Shown here piece after piece: positions 12,151 to 24,110 of a stretch of 64,000 bases of DNA. The DNA lies in assembly GCA_030390025.1 (NCBI GenBank), contig CM059432.1:102240001-102304000 (forward strand). Reading direction: 5' to 3'. The position numbers and the translations under genes are program-made. This DNA comes from Squalus acanthias. Its lineage: Eukaryota. Position 1 is the stretch's first letter. Each line of letters opens with the position of its first letter. A model generated the notes under the pieces. The model was not told the origin of the DNA and made no database searches. It saw only the letters and a program-made list of their open reading frames with translations.

Positions 12151-12820
12151 GAGGACATTGGATTAAAAGTTTGGAAGTGACAAATATGATGATGAGAATT
12201 TCTACCACAGTAGAAATGAGGTACGGGCAGCTGTGTGATCTTATGGATGTGGAAGTAGGAAGCTTTCATGATAGAATGGATGTGGGGTTTGAAGCTTAGC
12301 TTAGGGTTGAGCATGACACCAAGGTTGCATACTGTCCAGTGGCGCTGGGCTGAGTAGCCAAACAAGTTGGCTTTTGTCTTGATGATGTTGAGCCATAAAA
12401 CAGAATTGGCTCATCCACAACTTTGTCGTACTACACAACAGTCATGGAATCAAGGATGGTAATGGAGAGGTAAAACTGGGTGTTACCAGCATGTATAGGA
12501 AAGCTGACCCCATACTGAAGGATAAATATTGCTGAGAGGTAATATATTCTGAGAATTAGGAAGGGGCCAAGGATGGAATCTTGTGGAACACTGGAGATGA
12601 TAATGCAGGTACAGGGAGGGATACCATTGCAGTAGATGTATTAGCAATGTTGGAACAGATAGGAATTGAACCATGATTGGGCAACATCATGGATTTTGCC
12701 ATTTAATACCAAAGTCACCGATAAAGGTGAGATGGAAGCCAGGCTGAATTGATTCAAAAATAGGGGTTGGTTGGTGATTATGCCTTAGAGAGGGAATGCA
12801 GGCTGGAGATGGGGTAGTAG
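12150..12820 (-). mobile_element. Highly degraded L2 LINE fragment
   Basis: The minus strand gives NLGVMLNPKLSFKPHIHSIMKASYFHI, typical of the L2 ORF2 post-RT region. Confidence 0.6.
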
Positions 12821-12824
12821 TAAG

Positions 12825-13293
12825 TGTCAGCTGTGGCTCAGTTGGTAGCACACTTGTCTCTGATGTCAGAAGGTTGTGGGTTCAAGTCCCACTCCAGGGA
12901 CTTAAGCTCATAAATCTACACTGATATTCCAGTGCAGTACTGAGGGAGTGCTGCACTGTCAGAGGTGTCATCTTTCAAATGAGACATTAAACCGAAGCCC
13001 CGTCTGTTCTCTCAGGTGGACGTAAAAGAGCTCTTAGTACTATTTAGAAGAAGAGCAGGGGAGTTCTCCCTGCTGTCTTGGCCAATATTTATTCCTCAAT
13101 CAACATAACAAAAACAGATTATCTGGTCATTATCACATTGCTGTTTGTGGGCGTTTGCTGTCTGCAAATTGGCTGCTGCATTTCACACATTAAAACAGTG
13201 ACTACACTCCAAAAGTAATTAATTGGTTGTAAAGCGCTTTGAGACGTCCAGTGGTCATGAAAGGTGCTATATAAATGCAAGTCTTTCTTTCTT
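12825..13293 (+). mobile_element. tRNA-headed Deu-domain SINE (SacSINE1/AmnSINE-like) with L2-type tail
   Basis: A-box TGGCTCAGTTGG and B-box GGTTCAAGTCC. Central TGCAGTACTGAGGGAGTGCTGCACTGTC...CTCAGGTGGACGTAAAAG. Tail AGGTGCTATATAAATGCAAGTCTTTCTTTC. Confidence 0.85.
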
Positions 13294-14657
13294 TGACAGA
13301 GAGATTGAGAGAGAGCTTTTTAAAAGGAGCAGGGTGACATCTGTAAAAGCAGATTGGGACAAAGTTTGTTGATATTTAATAGAAATGGGGGTGCATGGAG
13401 ATGATCCAACAATGAGGAAGAGATTAGGAGGCAATGGGATCTTGCAGTTCTCATTAGGACAAGGCTATAATTTGATTTGCATAATGTTGATGTTACATTC
13501 TGTTATGAATACAGAGGGAAATGTCATGCTTATTTAGACTAGTGGCACAAGCTTTTACCTCCTTCAATTCAAATAAATAAATTTCCTGCAAAGTGTTTTG
13601 GAATACATATTATTTGTGCACATTTATGTGTACAGCCTGTGCTGAAGTATCTGGGTGGAATTAGGATATCCTTGTCCACAATATATTTTGCCTTTTAATA
13701 CCAAAGTCACAAGTCCTAAAGAATAGCATATTTTGTCATATTGGTAACAAAATAAACTGTATAAGTGCAATGTGACCTCTTAGCCTCATATTGGTCTTCT
13801 CACCAGGCTGACAGAGAATGTACGTTTCTGTACACATGTAGCACTACATTAATTTCTATAGTCAATCAAGGTAGAGCTTGTACCAGACCTGACTGGGGCT
13901 ACACAACACTGTTGTGGCTTCATATACTGTGAATGGAATGACAATATTATCTCACTGACCACATTGTGGATCACTGAGCCAGTGTGCACAGGTAAATTGC
14001 AAGATGAATGCATTTCCAGCGCACTTTACATTATCACCACTAAATTCTGCCAGGAGTGAGGGGTAATTGCTCAATCCCTTCAAATTTAATACAAATTACA
14101 GTTTTTAAATATTTACAGACTCAGTTCTCAACTCCAGACCCCTAACAGGCTGGAGTCTGATTATGTCTCAATGTTTCCCTCCCCTAATATAGCAAAAGCT
14201 TTCATAATACAGAGAATGTAAGATGTTGAATTTCCAAAAGTGGAAAATTCTATGGAGCAGAAATCGATGTTGAGACTGAATTTTCATTCACGATTAGCAG
14301 CCTCCAATTAAACTGGGGAGATTAAAAAGAAAATTGTAAGAGTCACCAATTATTAGGGGATAGATTCTACTGACTTTAGACTACCCAATGATGCACTATC
14401 TTTGTAGGTTTTTAGCCCTCATAAAACAAGGCCAGAAGTCTGTAATAAAATTTAAAATATGAAAAACCAGGGTTATGTAAATTACTCATGAAATATGTTG
14501 CAATAACAAATAACTACCACACATTTTATGTATTTGAATGTTATAAAAAAATCATCCTAGCACAATAGTATTACATTACTATGAATAATTAACTTTACAA
14601 ATATGATATTTTTTTTACACAGAAATTACAACATCAAACAGACGGCTTAACCAGCAG

Positions 14658-15111
14658 TTTTTTTTATTTATTCGTTCACAGGATGTGGGCGTCACTGGCA
14701 AGGCCGGCATTTATTGCCCAGCCTTAATTGCCTTGGAGAAGGTGGTGGTGAGCTGCCTTCTTGAACCATTGCAGATTGTGGTGAAGGTAATCCCACAGTG
14801 CTGACTTTGTCGTAGTGGTTTGCTACAACTGAGGGCAGTTAAGAGTCAACCACATTGCTGTGGGATCTGGAGTCACATATAGGCCAGACCGGGTAAGGAT
14901 GGCAGATTTCCTTCCCTAAAAGACATTAGTGAACCAGTTGGGTTTTTACGACAATCCATGGTCACCATTACTGATACAAGCGTTTAAATTCCAGATTTAT
15001 TTAATTAACTCAATTTCAATTCCTCAGCTGGTGGAATTTGAACTCACATCTCCAGATTATTATTCCAGGATTACTAGTCCAGTAACATAGCCACTATGCT
15101 ACCGTACCCCC
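14658..15111 (-). mobile_element. tRNA-derived SINE with an extended (~140 bp) CR1-like LINE tail
   Basis: The minus strand starts GGTACGGTAGCATAGTGG with B-box-like GAGTTCAAATTCC. 14658-14803 is the reverse complement of LINE 3' end 16190-16325. Confidence 0.75.
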
Positions 15112-16330
15112 GTTGGTCCAAACATGGACAAAGGAGCTGAATTCCAGAGGTGAGGTGAGTGTGACTGCCCTAGACATCAAGGCAGCATTTGACCGAGTGT
15201 GGCATGAAGGAGCCCTAATAAAACTGAAGTCAATGGGAATCGGGGGGAAAACACTCCACTGGCTGGAGTCATACCTAGCACAAAGGAAGATGGTTGTGGT
15301 AATTGAAGGTCAATCATCACAGCCCCAGGACATCACTGCAGGAGTTCCTCAGGGCAGTGTCCTAGGCCCAACCATCTTCAGCTGCTTCATCAATAACCTT
15401 CCCTCCAACATAAGGTCAGAAATGGGGATGTTTCCTGATGACTGCACAGTGTTCAGTGCCATTCACAACTCCTCAGATAATGAAGCAGTCCATGCCCGCA
15501 TGCAACAAGACCTGGATGACGTTCAGGCTTGGGCTGATAAGTGGCAGGTAACATTCACGCCACAGAAGTGCCAGGTAATGACTATCTCCAACAAGCGAGA
15601 GTCTAACCACCGCCCCTTGACATTCAACGGCATTACCATCGCCGAATCCCCCACCATCAACATCCTGGGGGTCACCATTGACCAGAAACTTAATTGGACC
15701 AGCCACATAAATATTGTGACAACAAGAGCAGGTCAGAGGCTAGGTATTCTGCGGCGAGTGTCTCATCTCCTGACTCCCCAAAGCCTTTCTACCATCTACA
15801 AGGCACAAGTAAGGATTGTGATGGAATATTCTCCACTTGCCTGGATGAATGCAGCTCCAACAACACTTAAGAAGCTCAACACCATCCAGGACAAAGCAGC
15901 CCGCTTGATTGGCACCCCATCCACCACCTTAAACATTCACTCCCTCCACCACCGGCATACCGTGGCTGCAGTGTGTATCATCTACAAGATGCACTGCAGC
16001 AACTCGTCAAGGCTTCTTCGGCAGCACCTCCCAAATCCGCGACATCTTTCACCTAGAAGGACAAGGGCAGCAGCCGCATGGGAACATCACCACCTTCAAG
16101 TTCCCCTCCAAGTCACACACCATCTGACTTAGAAGTATATTGCCGATCCTCCATCGTCACTGGGTCAAAATCCTGGAACTCCCTACCTAACAGCACTGTG
16201 GGAGTACCTTCACCACATGGACTGCAGCGGTTCAAGAAGGCAGCTTACCAACACCTTCTCAAGGGCAATTAGGGATGGGCAATAAATGCTGGCCTTGCCA
16301 GCGACGCCCACATCCCATAAACGAATTTTT
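15112..16330 (+). mobile_element. CR1-group LINE (Crack/Daphne-like), 5'-truncated RT fragment
   Basis: ORF 15113-16132 has RT motifs LDIKAAFDRVWH, GVPQGSVLGP and FPDD (FADD in the second copy). A frameshifted C-terminus and 3' UTR follow. Confidence 0.9.
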
Positions 16331-16720
16331 AAAATTTTTATTGGCCACACGAGCAGTAGTCCCTGTGTCTGACCTATTCTCCTATCGCTTCATCCCCCTT
16401 TCCTACAACTACGTATCAAACCTATTAAAAGCTGACTAAGGCCGGAATTTTGTTTACCTTGGCAGGTCACATGTGGGCGGGTCGGGACCCTGTTCCGCAT
16501 TTCATGCCGCTTCTCAGAGCGACTTTTCTTAATGGCGCCTTTTAAGGCAGCCCTGCGCATAACCCAGCCCTATTAAATGGTGCGGGTCTGATGGCGTCAT
16601 TGATGACTCCTTTCCAGCCTGGATATTTAAAGGAGCCTTGGCCACATTGCATTTGAAGGTTCAGCTAGAAGTGTGCAGGCACTGTATTAAAGCATTTGGG
16701 TCTTGCTAAGCCTTGAAAAC

Positions 16721-18580
16721 ATGACTGCACAGAGGCAAAGGGCTGTACCCAGGTTGTCAGATGACTCCCTCCATATGCTTGTGGAGGGAGGGAGAGTACG
16801 CAGGGAAATCCTCTTCCCTTTTGATGGGCGCAAGATATCTCCCCAGCAGACCAAACGAGCCTGGCTGGAGTTAGCTGAGGAGGTAAACAGCAGAGATGTT
16901 GTGAGGAGGATCAGGGTGCAGTGTCGGAAATGTTTCAATGATCTCATTAGATCAGGAAAGGCGAGTACAAAGCCACACTCAACTTCATCCTCCCCTGCCT
17001 CTCATCACATCCCCATCACTCTGCCTTTCCAAGCCTACTCCTGCACATCATTACTCACACCAACATACCTTGCATGTCCACCCATTCCTCTCTATCAACA
17101 TTATCACATCCCCATCTGACTAACCAGCCCTCACACTCACCCTCGTCCTAATGCAATCATAACAAGTAACACCACACAAAGAGGCCATTTGGCATTGGCT
17201 CCCCACTCCCTGATAGTCACCCTTTACAGATGTAACCCATCCATTCCTTACACTCATTCCATCACTCTCACTCAAACTTCTCTTCTTTCCCTCCTTGCAT
17301 GAGAAGAGAGCCCACAATAAGACACGTTAACTGCAGCAGAGGAAGTCGCCCTGGATATCTCAGGAGTTGCAGGGCAGCTAACGGTGGGAGACGGAGCGAG
17401 AAGGACATCTCAGCAATCTGGTGACAGAATTACATCTCACACAGCCACATGGCATACTACAGTCACTCATATGGGTACTGATGTTAGCAGCCAGTGAATG
17501 TTCATCATGTGCATAACGGTATTGTTACCCAGTCTTAATATGACATTTCTAAACCATCTCTTTACTCTACCACAGGTCCATCGAGTGCCCAAACCCCCCC
17601 ACCCCCCCACTGTCCAGGAGGAAGAGGGAGATGACTCCTCAGAGGAGCCTCCAGCCTCTGAGGGTGCACCATCAGCAGACATAAGAGCACCCAGCTCCAG
17701 CGCAGATACTCACACCTCAGTGGGTCCCATGCGAGATAGAGTAGTGTTGTCACCTTGTGTGTCACAAGTCACAAGTGAGCAAGAGGAGATGGTGGAGACA
17801 GGGACAGCAGTGGAGACTCCTCATGGAGGGCACAGGATGTTCCCAGCTCTGCTCAGCTGTATGCAGATGCTGAGCCTCAGGGGCCATGCAGAAAGAGGGC
17901 GATCCTGGAGGTGCAGGAAGAAATGCAGGAGGCTTTGACAGGTTTCGCGACTGCAATGTCTGCAAATGTGCAGAGAATGGAATGGAAGAGTCTATCTCCA
18001 ACATGAGCACCACTGTGTCACAGGTGATGGCGACTGTAGGCTCCTCCATGGAACAGATGACCATCTGCATGAAGCAGCTAATGCGCCACTCACATGAGCA
18101 CAAGCTATCTATGGAGAATAGGTGGCAGAGGCTCATAGACCTCCTCTCTAGGAGGGATGTCAATGTAGACTTGGGTCCTCATGGCCCCACTGCTGTGCAG
18201 CAAGGTGCCGTCTAGCTGCTTGCCAGCAGGGAAGTGCGGGTGGCCCATGAGAGGGATGACAGTGAGGGGGGACATCGAAGTGGGGGCTCCTCTCAAAGTG
18301 CTCACACTTCTCCCCCGTTGCACCCTCCTCAGTCAGAGCCCCATATTTCTACTGGGATCACGATGGCCGAGTCTGCCCCTGCACAGTCGCAGGAGGAGCA
18401 GACTTTGGCGGGGCCATAACAGGCTCCAAGACCCAGAGGATTCCGCCAAAAGTGTCTATGCAGTCGCAGCAGGAAAGTGAGCAGGCTGCCTCCACCTCTG
18501 CTGAAGCCATAGGTGTTGCATTGCATAAAATCACGCTGAAGAGAAAGATGATACACAAGTTGATGCACAAGGTAAAGCAC
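16721..18580 (+). pseudogene. Harbinger Myb/SANT-like DNA-binding protein gene, multi-exon, disabled
   Basis: Exon 1 (16721-16960) reads MTAQRQRAVPRLSDDSLHMLV...RAWLELAEEVNS...QCRKCFNDL. The donor is mutated (GCGAGT). An acceptor at ~17575 precedes an acidic/Ser-rich frameshifted exon. Confidence 0.8.
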
Positions 18581-18924
18581 TTGGGTGTTTTAATAACTGT
18601 TTGTGTTCAGTTTCCGTTACACTTATGTCACAGATAAAACTATTTATTTTCACCACTTTCCGGTCATGGCCAATTTTGTCTGCAACTTTGGAAGTGGTTT
18701 AGTGATTTGGAGTGAATGGTGAGACATAACATTACCTCCAGCAATGGTGGTCAGTGTGAAAGGAACAGCTTGGTCATTGTAGGGATGCTTTATGGTGCTG
18801 TTGTGGGGTGGTGGGAACCTGGCACAGCATGTGGCAGCCATATGGGTGTAATGCCTGAAGTTAAGTAAATCTGGCATGATGAGCCCGTCCTGGGCTTCCC
18901 GGGCAACAATGTGCTCGGGTGCTG

Positions 18925-19713
18925 TGTTAGAAATTAGGGAAACCTAAAAATATATGGTTATGCGAATGAAACTGTGACGCGAATAATACTGTGTTTAAAT
19001 GATTGTATTAGAGCTCGAGACAAGTAAGAGGTTAATGTATAAGTTATGTTTTACTGGAACTGCATAAGTTTTGTTTTCTTGGAAAATGAGTATGAGAGAT
19101 TCTAGCCTTGGGAGGACAGGGCTGGATAAGATAAGGGGAAGACAGTCCTCAGCATGCTGTAAGGCCATGATTGGTCAATTACAGAAAGCATGTGTAATGG
19201 TTGTGAGAAGACTCCCTGACAGGTGAGGAGATAACAGGAGGGTTGGCCTTTTTCCATGGCTTAAACAAAGAACTCGACATCCCACTGGGCACCTTGGTTT
19301 AAGGGGAACCTCTATAGGTTAAATGGTCCTGTTTATTCTACCCCAGGCCCACCCCTAAAAAGAGAATAAAAGGAAGACCTAAAGAACCCTTAGCTCAGAC
19401 CGTGGAGCGGAGTACTCCGAAGAGTGAAATCGGTGGTCTAACACTCTTCTGAGAGTGAACCCATGCTGACCCTAGTCTATTACTCTTGGGTAGTTCAAGA
19501 AGAAGAGAGAGAGACACATGAGACAAGAAGGAGAACGAATAAGAAGAGTTGCTCGTGCACGCCAGCCGTCTGTCCGATCGCGTCCGGTATCAGCTACTTG
19601 TCCCCGTCATATGTTTTTGCTGTATAAATAGTGTGTTATATTCTGTCCTAAACTCTGATTAAACACAATAGACCCACCATATTGGTTTGCACTCACTCCT
19701 GATTATCTCTACA
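18925..19713 (+). repeat. 5' LTR
   Basis: TGTTAG...CTACA, followed by AT and the PBS. Direct repeat of 23357-24110. Confidence 0.92.
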
Positions 19714-19715
19714 AT

Positions 19716-19735
19716 TGGCGAGCCAAGCCACGAGT
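19716..19735 (+). promoter_or_regulatory. Primer-binding site, tRNA-Arg-like
   Basis: TGGCGAGCCAAGCCACGAGT versus TGGCGAGCCAGCCAGGAGT, the complement of a vertebrate tRNA-Arg 3' end (one insertion, one mismatch). Confidence 0.75.
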
Positions 19736-19876
19736 GCAAAAGGGTTATTGTGGTCGAAACGAGTTGAGGACTGGTTTGGTTTATAAATGTACTAGGCGTT
19801 GATATCGGGTTGTAAACCAAAAACAAAATGGCGGATGCGTCTTATAGAAACAAAGTTGCAAACAGTCTCTTGGATA

Positions 19877-20083
19877 AGTTAGGAGTCCTGGGGGCCCAAA
19901 CGATGATTGGAACAGTACAGAGTGACGAGAAGAGTTACTCTGAGATCTGGAGTGATATAGCATCCCAGGTTGATGCAGATCAGTTAGGAGTCCCGGGGGC
20001 CTAAGCGATAATCGGAATAGTACAGAGTGACGAGAAGAGTTACTCTGAGATCTGGAGCGATATAGCATCCCAGGTTGGTGCGA
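19877..20083 (+). repeat. 105-bp tandem duplication in the ERV leader
   Basis: Two copies of AGTTAGGAGTCC...AGTACAGAGTGACGAGAAGAGTTACTCTGAGATCTGGAG...CATCCCAGGTTG starting at 19877 and 19982. Confidence 0.9.
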
Positions 20084-21849
20084 AGAACTTTAAAGTTAAG
20101 GAAGCCAGAAATAGGTTGCTTATGCAACCCACCTCTGCGCCAAGCGTGGAGACTTGAGAAACGAACAGATGAGAGAGGACAAGCATAAAGAGCAGGAGAG
20201 AGAGTGGGAGATAGAGAGGGGAAAAGATCTAAGCTGCATGCTAACCCATCTGAGAACTCAACAAAGGAAGGGAAAAAACAGGGAATTAGGGAATAAGTTG
20301 CTAAGACAATTTAAAATGCGAAAAAAAGAAATTTAAAGTTGAAACCGACACTGAAGCTTTCAGCTTCTGTACCAAAAAAAATAAAACACAAGATTTGCTG
20401 AGTGAAAGGAACCTTAAAAAATGTTGGAATTTCAGTTTGTGTGAAAGTGTGTGTTAAAGTGTGTAAGTTTAACTGACTATGAATGTTTAAGAAGTTACAG
20501 TATTCCTTTTGTCTGGAAGTCTGTCTTCAAAAGAAAGTGTCTGTTATGTTTGTTTTAGCTCCACCCACTTTTCTGTGCATAGAGCTAAAAGCCATTTAAT
20601 CCTTTGTAGTCTTGTCTTGGATGTTGGAAGTTTTAAGAAAGTGTGAATATGTTGAGTATGTTCAATTCAATTTAAAATTGTGCACCTGGAATGAGGAAAA
20701 CTTTATGATCTACATTTTAAGTTAAAGACACTGCTGTGGATATATTTTGACTGGGACGTCTTGTACAGTGAACTGTAAATCACAGGCAGTTTCATTTACA
20801 AAAGATAAGCTTCAGCCTTGAAGTTGCGGTTGCCATGGTGTCAAACAGAAAATGTTAGTGCCTTTAGGTTAAAAATGCCTGGTCTCATTTTAAATCAATT
20901 TGAACATTTACAAAGCACTGTCTTCTTAATTTGGTTACTGCAGGTCCGAGATGCCCACACTCTAAATTTTGACAAGTAAGAAGTAATTATTAATTATGAA
21001 TTAGGTTGAAAGAAAAAATAAATTAACCTATGATAAAATAAAGGAAGGAGAAAGGGAAAGATTATGTCCCTTTTCTACTTTTAGTGTAGTGTCCCTTTAG
21101 AAAAAAACAAAAAAGTTTTGAAACAATTGGCATTTAATATAAAAATGCTGTCTTCCCTGATGAGAGACAGAGTGCTCGAGGAGGGGAAATATGGAAGTTA
21201 CCTTGTAAACTAATTGCGAGCACTTCAGTCTCTAATGTTAAAACACCATGTAAAAACATCAAGCCTGTTTCTGAAATTGAAATTGATAAGATAAATTGAT
21301 TTTAAAAAATTGATATGAGTTGCTGTTTCAAGCACTCAAGAAGGGAAAACTTACCTGAAGTTTAAGGGAATAATTCAATTTTCATGTAAAGAAACTGGTG
21401 AAAAGCAGACGATGTGGTCCTGGCAATTGCTGTGTATCATGGAAGAAAGTTTGTGGGGAAATAAAATTGAGCATTGACAAAACTGGTCAGTCCAACAATA
21501 ATGCTATTTGGATTTTGGGATCATTTTGAACTGATAAATTGGACTCAGACACAATATAGCGGGTTATAAAGAATTAAAAAAAATGTGTTAATAACTGAGA
21601 CCAAGTGGGAACGTTTGATCTATGTTTTCTATCTTTAATATTGTACTGGACAGTAAAGTTCCTCCAGGGCTCATGAATGAGATAGAATTGTAATTAATGA
21701 GATGTGTAAAATGGAGAGAGGAAGTGATTGAGGGTGTAAGGTAGAAACAGGAACATTACACTCCCAAATGATAATTTTCCTAACATTCTAGTGAAAGTCA
21801 GGAAGTGTAGTTAAAAATAATAAATTGATAGCTTTCTCTTGGAGGCATT

Positions 21850-23090
21850 TGTGTCCTTGCCTATAACCTTTTAAGAAAACTGCATTGATAGCCTGGCCAC
21901 AACCTGAGACATCGGGACCATGCAGGGGGAGACGAGCAAGGATCTCCAGACGACTATAATCTTTTGATAAGATCACCTGAAAGCCCAAGAATGGCTTGTA
22001 TTGGATGGCACGTGTGGCATGATATTGAGATGTGTGTGCAGAAGTGATTTGTTACATATGAAGCAATTAGCATGCGGAAATGCATGGTGAATCTGCACTG
22101 AAGAACAGGTCTCAGACATGCTCAGTTACTTGACAACAGAAGACATGAAATGATTGATGTGGCTCAGAAGAGTGAGACAACTTTTAAAGCATTGGCACAT
22201 ACTCCATCGATAAACTATCTAATTAATGAAACAATTAGAATAGAGTTAAACACACTGGTAACTGTCAGAGGGATTGAAATTGAAGTTGAAGTGCAGAGGG
22301 ACATAGAATTTGGGTTGGACAATTGAGGGCTAGAGAGAAATCATATTTAGGAAGAATTATCCACAAGATGGATACGAGTAAAAGAGAGGTCTGGAGAATC
22401 TTTTAAGTCCACGATTTGTTGATTAGATGTTAAACTGTAGCTTTCTTTATAATGACTGTATTCTTTTTCTGCAGCATTGCTGCTTGAAATTTATGTACTT
22501 AGTCAACGTGCTAAAGATTGGAGGACTGAATTATAACTTGTAACTGTAATAATTGTGTTTTGTAGGTAACAGAGCGTGGGAAAAACCAGTACAAATCCAG
22601 TATGAGGTGGTTTTGGTGGTGTCTCCTGTGTCACTACTACCGCAACTAACATGCTTTATGGGTCTAATGGGACCTGTCCCATTAATAGCCCCAGTTTCTG
22701 CTTCACATCACATCTACCCACAACCATCAATCAACACATTTTACTCAATATCAAAATCTATGTTCAAGTGAAACTGACAGTAAATCAGACACTTAAGTAT
22801 GAGCTGCACAATTATGTGGCACAATTTGGGTACGACATTCCTCTGTTGTCTGAGGGCTTCAGTGAGCATGTGATGCTCCCGCCTAAAGCATTTTTTATGT
22901 TTGGGAGCAAGACAACTCGAGAATTAATATTGAAATTGACAGCACAGGGGATGATTCACACTGGTGGGATATTGGGCTTAATATATCAGCACACCCTTAG
23001 GTTCAGATTATTTCACACACTCTAGTAGTTTTCCAACTTGTAATGATAGTGTATTTGATATATGTAACCCGTGTAGTAAGACTTTGATGC
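21850..23090 (+). pseudogene. env-like fusion glycoprotein remnant
   Basis: SCVTTTATNMLYGSNGTCPINSPSFCFT, FGYDIPLLS and HWWDIG...HP*VQIISHTLVVFQLVMIVYLIYV (TM) align by eye to the env at 51239-53219. The 5' boundary is approximate. Confidence 0.7.
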
Positions 23091-23356
23091 ATATGTCAAA
23101 TGTGTATCTATAATCATGACTAATTGTACTAACGAATTAATGATGGACGGAAATCCAAAGCGAAGTAGAGGAGACCCCAGGTGGGGTAAGATCAGGAAAG
23201 GTAGAAAAAACAGAGGATACCCCAGGCAGGGCAGAATTGGAACACCAAAACAATAATTTGAACTCTCAAACTAATAATTTAGAGCTGGCACGATGGATGC
23301 AAAATCGGAAGTGAGAGGTCAAAATAGAGTTTTTATCCCTCTCAAGGTGGGGAGTC

Positions 23357-24110
23357 TGTTAGAAATTAGGGAAACCTAAAAATATATGGTTATGCGAATG
23401 AAACTGTGATGCAAATAATACTGTGTTTAAATGATTATATTAGAGCTTGAAACAAGTAAGGGGTTAATGTATAAGTTATGTTTTACTGGAACTGCATAAG
23501 TTTTGTTTTCTTGGAAAATGAGTATGAGAGATTCTAGCCTTGGGAGGACAGGGCTGGATGAGATAAGGGGAAGACAGTCCTCAGCATGCTGTAAGGCCAT
23601 GATTGGTCAATTACAGAAAGCATGTGTAATGGTTGTGAGAAGACTCCCTGACAGGTGAGGAGATAACAGGAGGGTTGGCCTTTTTCCATGGCTTAAACAA
23701 AGAACTCGACATCCCATTGGGCACCTTGGTTTAAGGGGAACCTCTATAGGTTAAATGGTCCTGTCCATATTCTACCCCAGGTCCACCCCAGAAAGAAACT
23801 AAAAGGAAGACCTAAAAAGCCCTTAGCACAGATGGTGGAGTGAAGAGGTCCCGAGAGTGTCTAACACTCTTCGCAGTTCTAGAAGAGAGAAAGAGAGGGA
23901 GAAAGGCCGTAAGCCGAAGAGCTGTTTGCGCACACCAGCTGTCTGTCCGATCGGATCCGGTACCAGCTACTTGTCACGGTTGTATGTTTTTGCTGTATAA
24001 CTAGTGTATTATATTCCATCCTAAACTCTGATTAAACACAATATACCCAACATATTGGTTTGCACTTGACCCTGATCATTTGAAAGACCAGAGATGAGTT
24101 CATCGCTACA
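23357..24110 (+). repeat. 3' LTR
   Basis: TGTTAG...GCTACA followed by TSD GCTG. Confidence 0.92.

Larger units (their letters stand above)
18925..24110 (+). mobile_element. Non-autonomous LTR provirus (no recognisable pol; env remnant), candidate lokiretrovirus-like ERV
   Basis: LTRs 18925-19713 and 23357-24110, both TG...CA. 4-bp TSD GCTG (18921-18924 and 24111-24114). PBS at 19716. Purine tract AAGGTGGGGAG before the 3' LTR. Confidence 0.92.

Noticed and set aside
12825..12900. tRNA gene (also 33897, 47157, 15040-15111)
   Set aside because: The A/B boxes continue into SINE bodies and LINE-derived tails, and no complete cloverleaf is evident.
19877..20083. CRISPR-like array
   Set aside because: It is a simple two-copy tandem duplication without spacers, in eukaryotic DNA.
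21157..21185. Hammerhead-like CTGATGA motifs (also 61874, 63613)
   Set aside because: No correctly placed GAAA and no flanking stems I/III.
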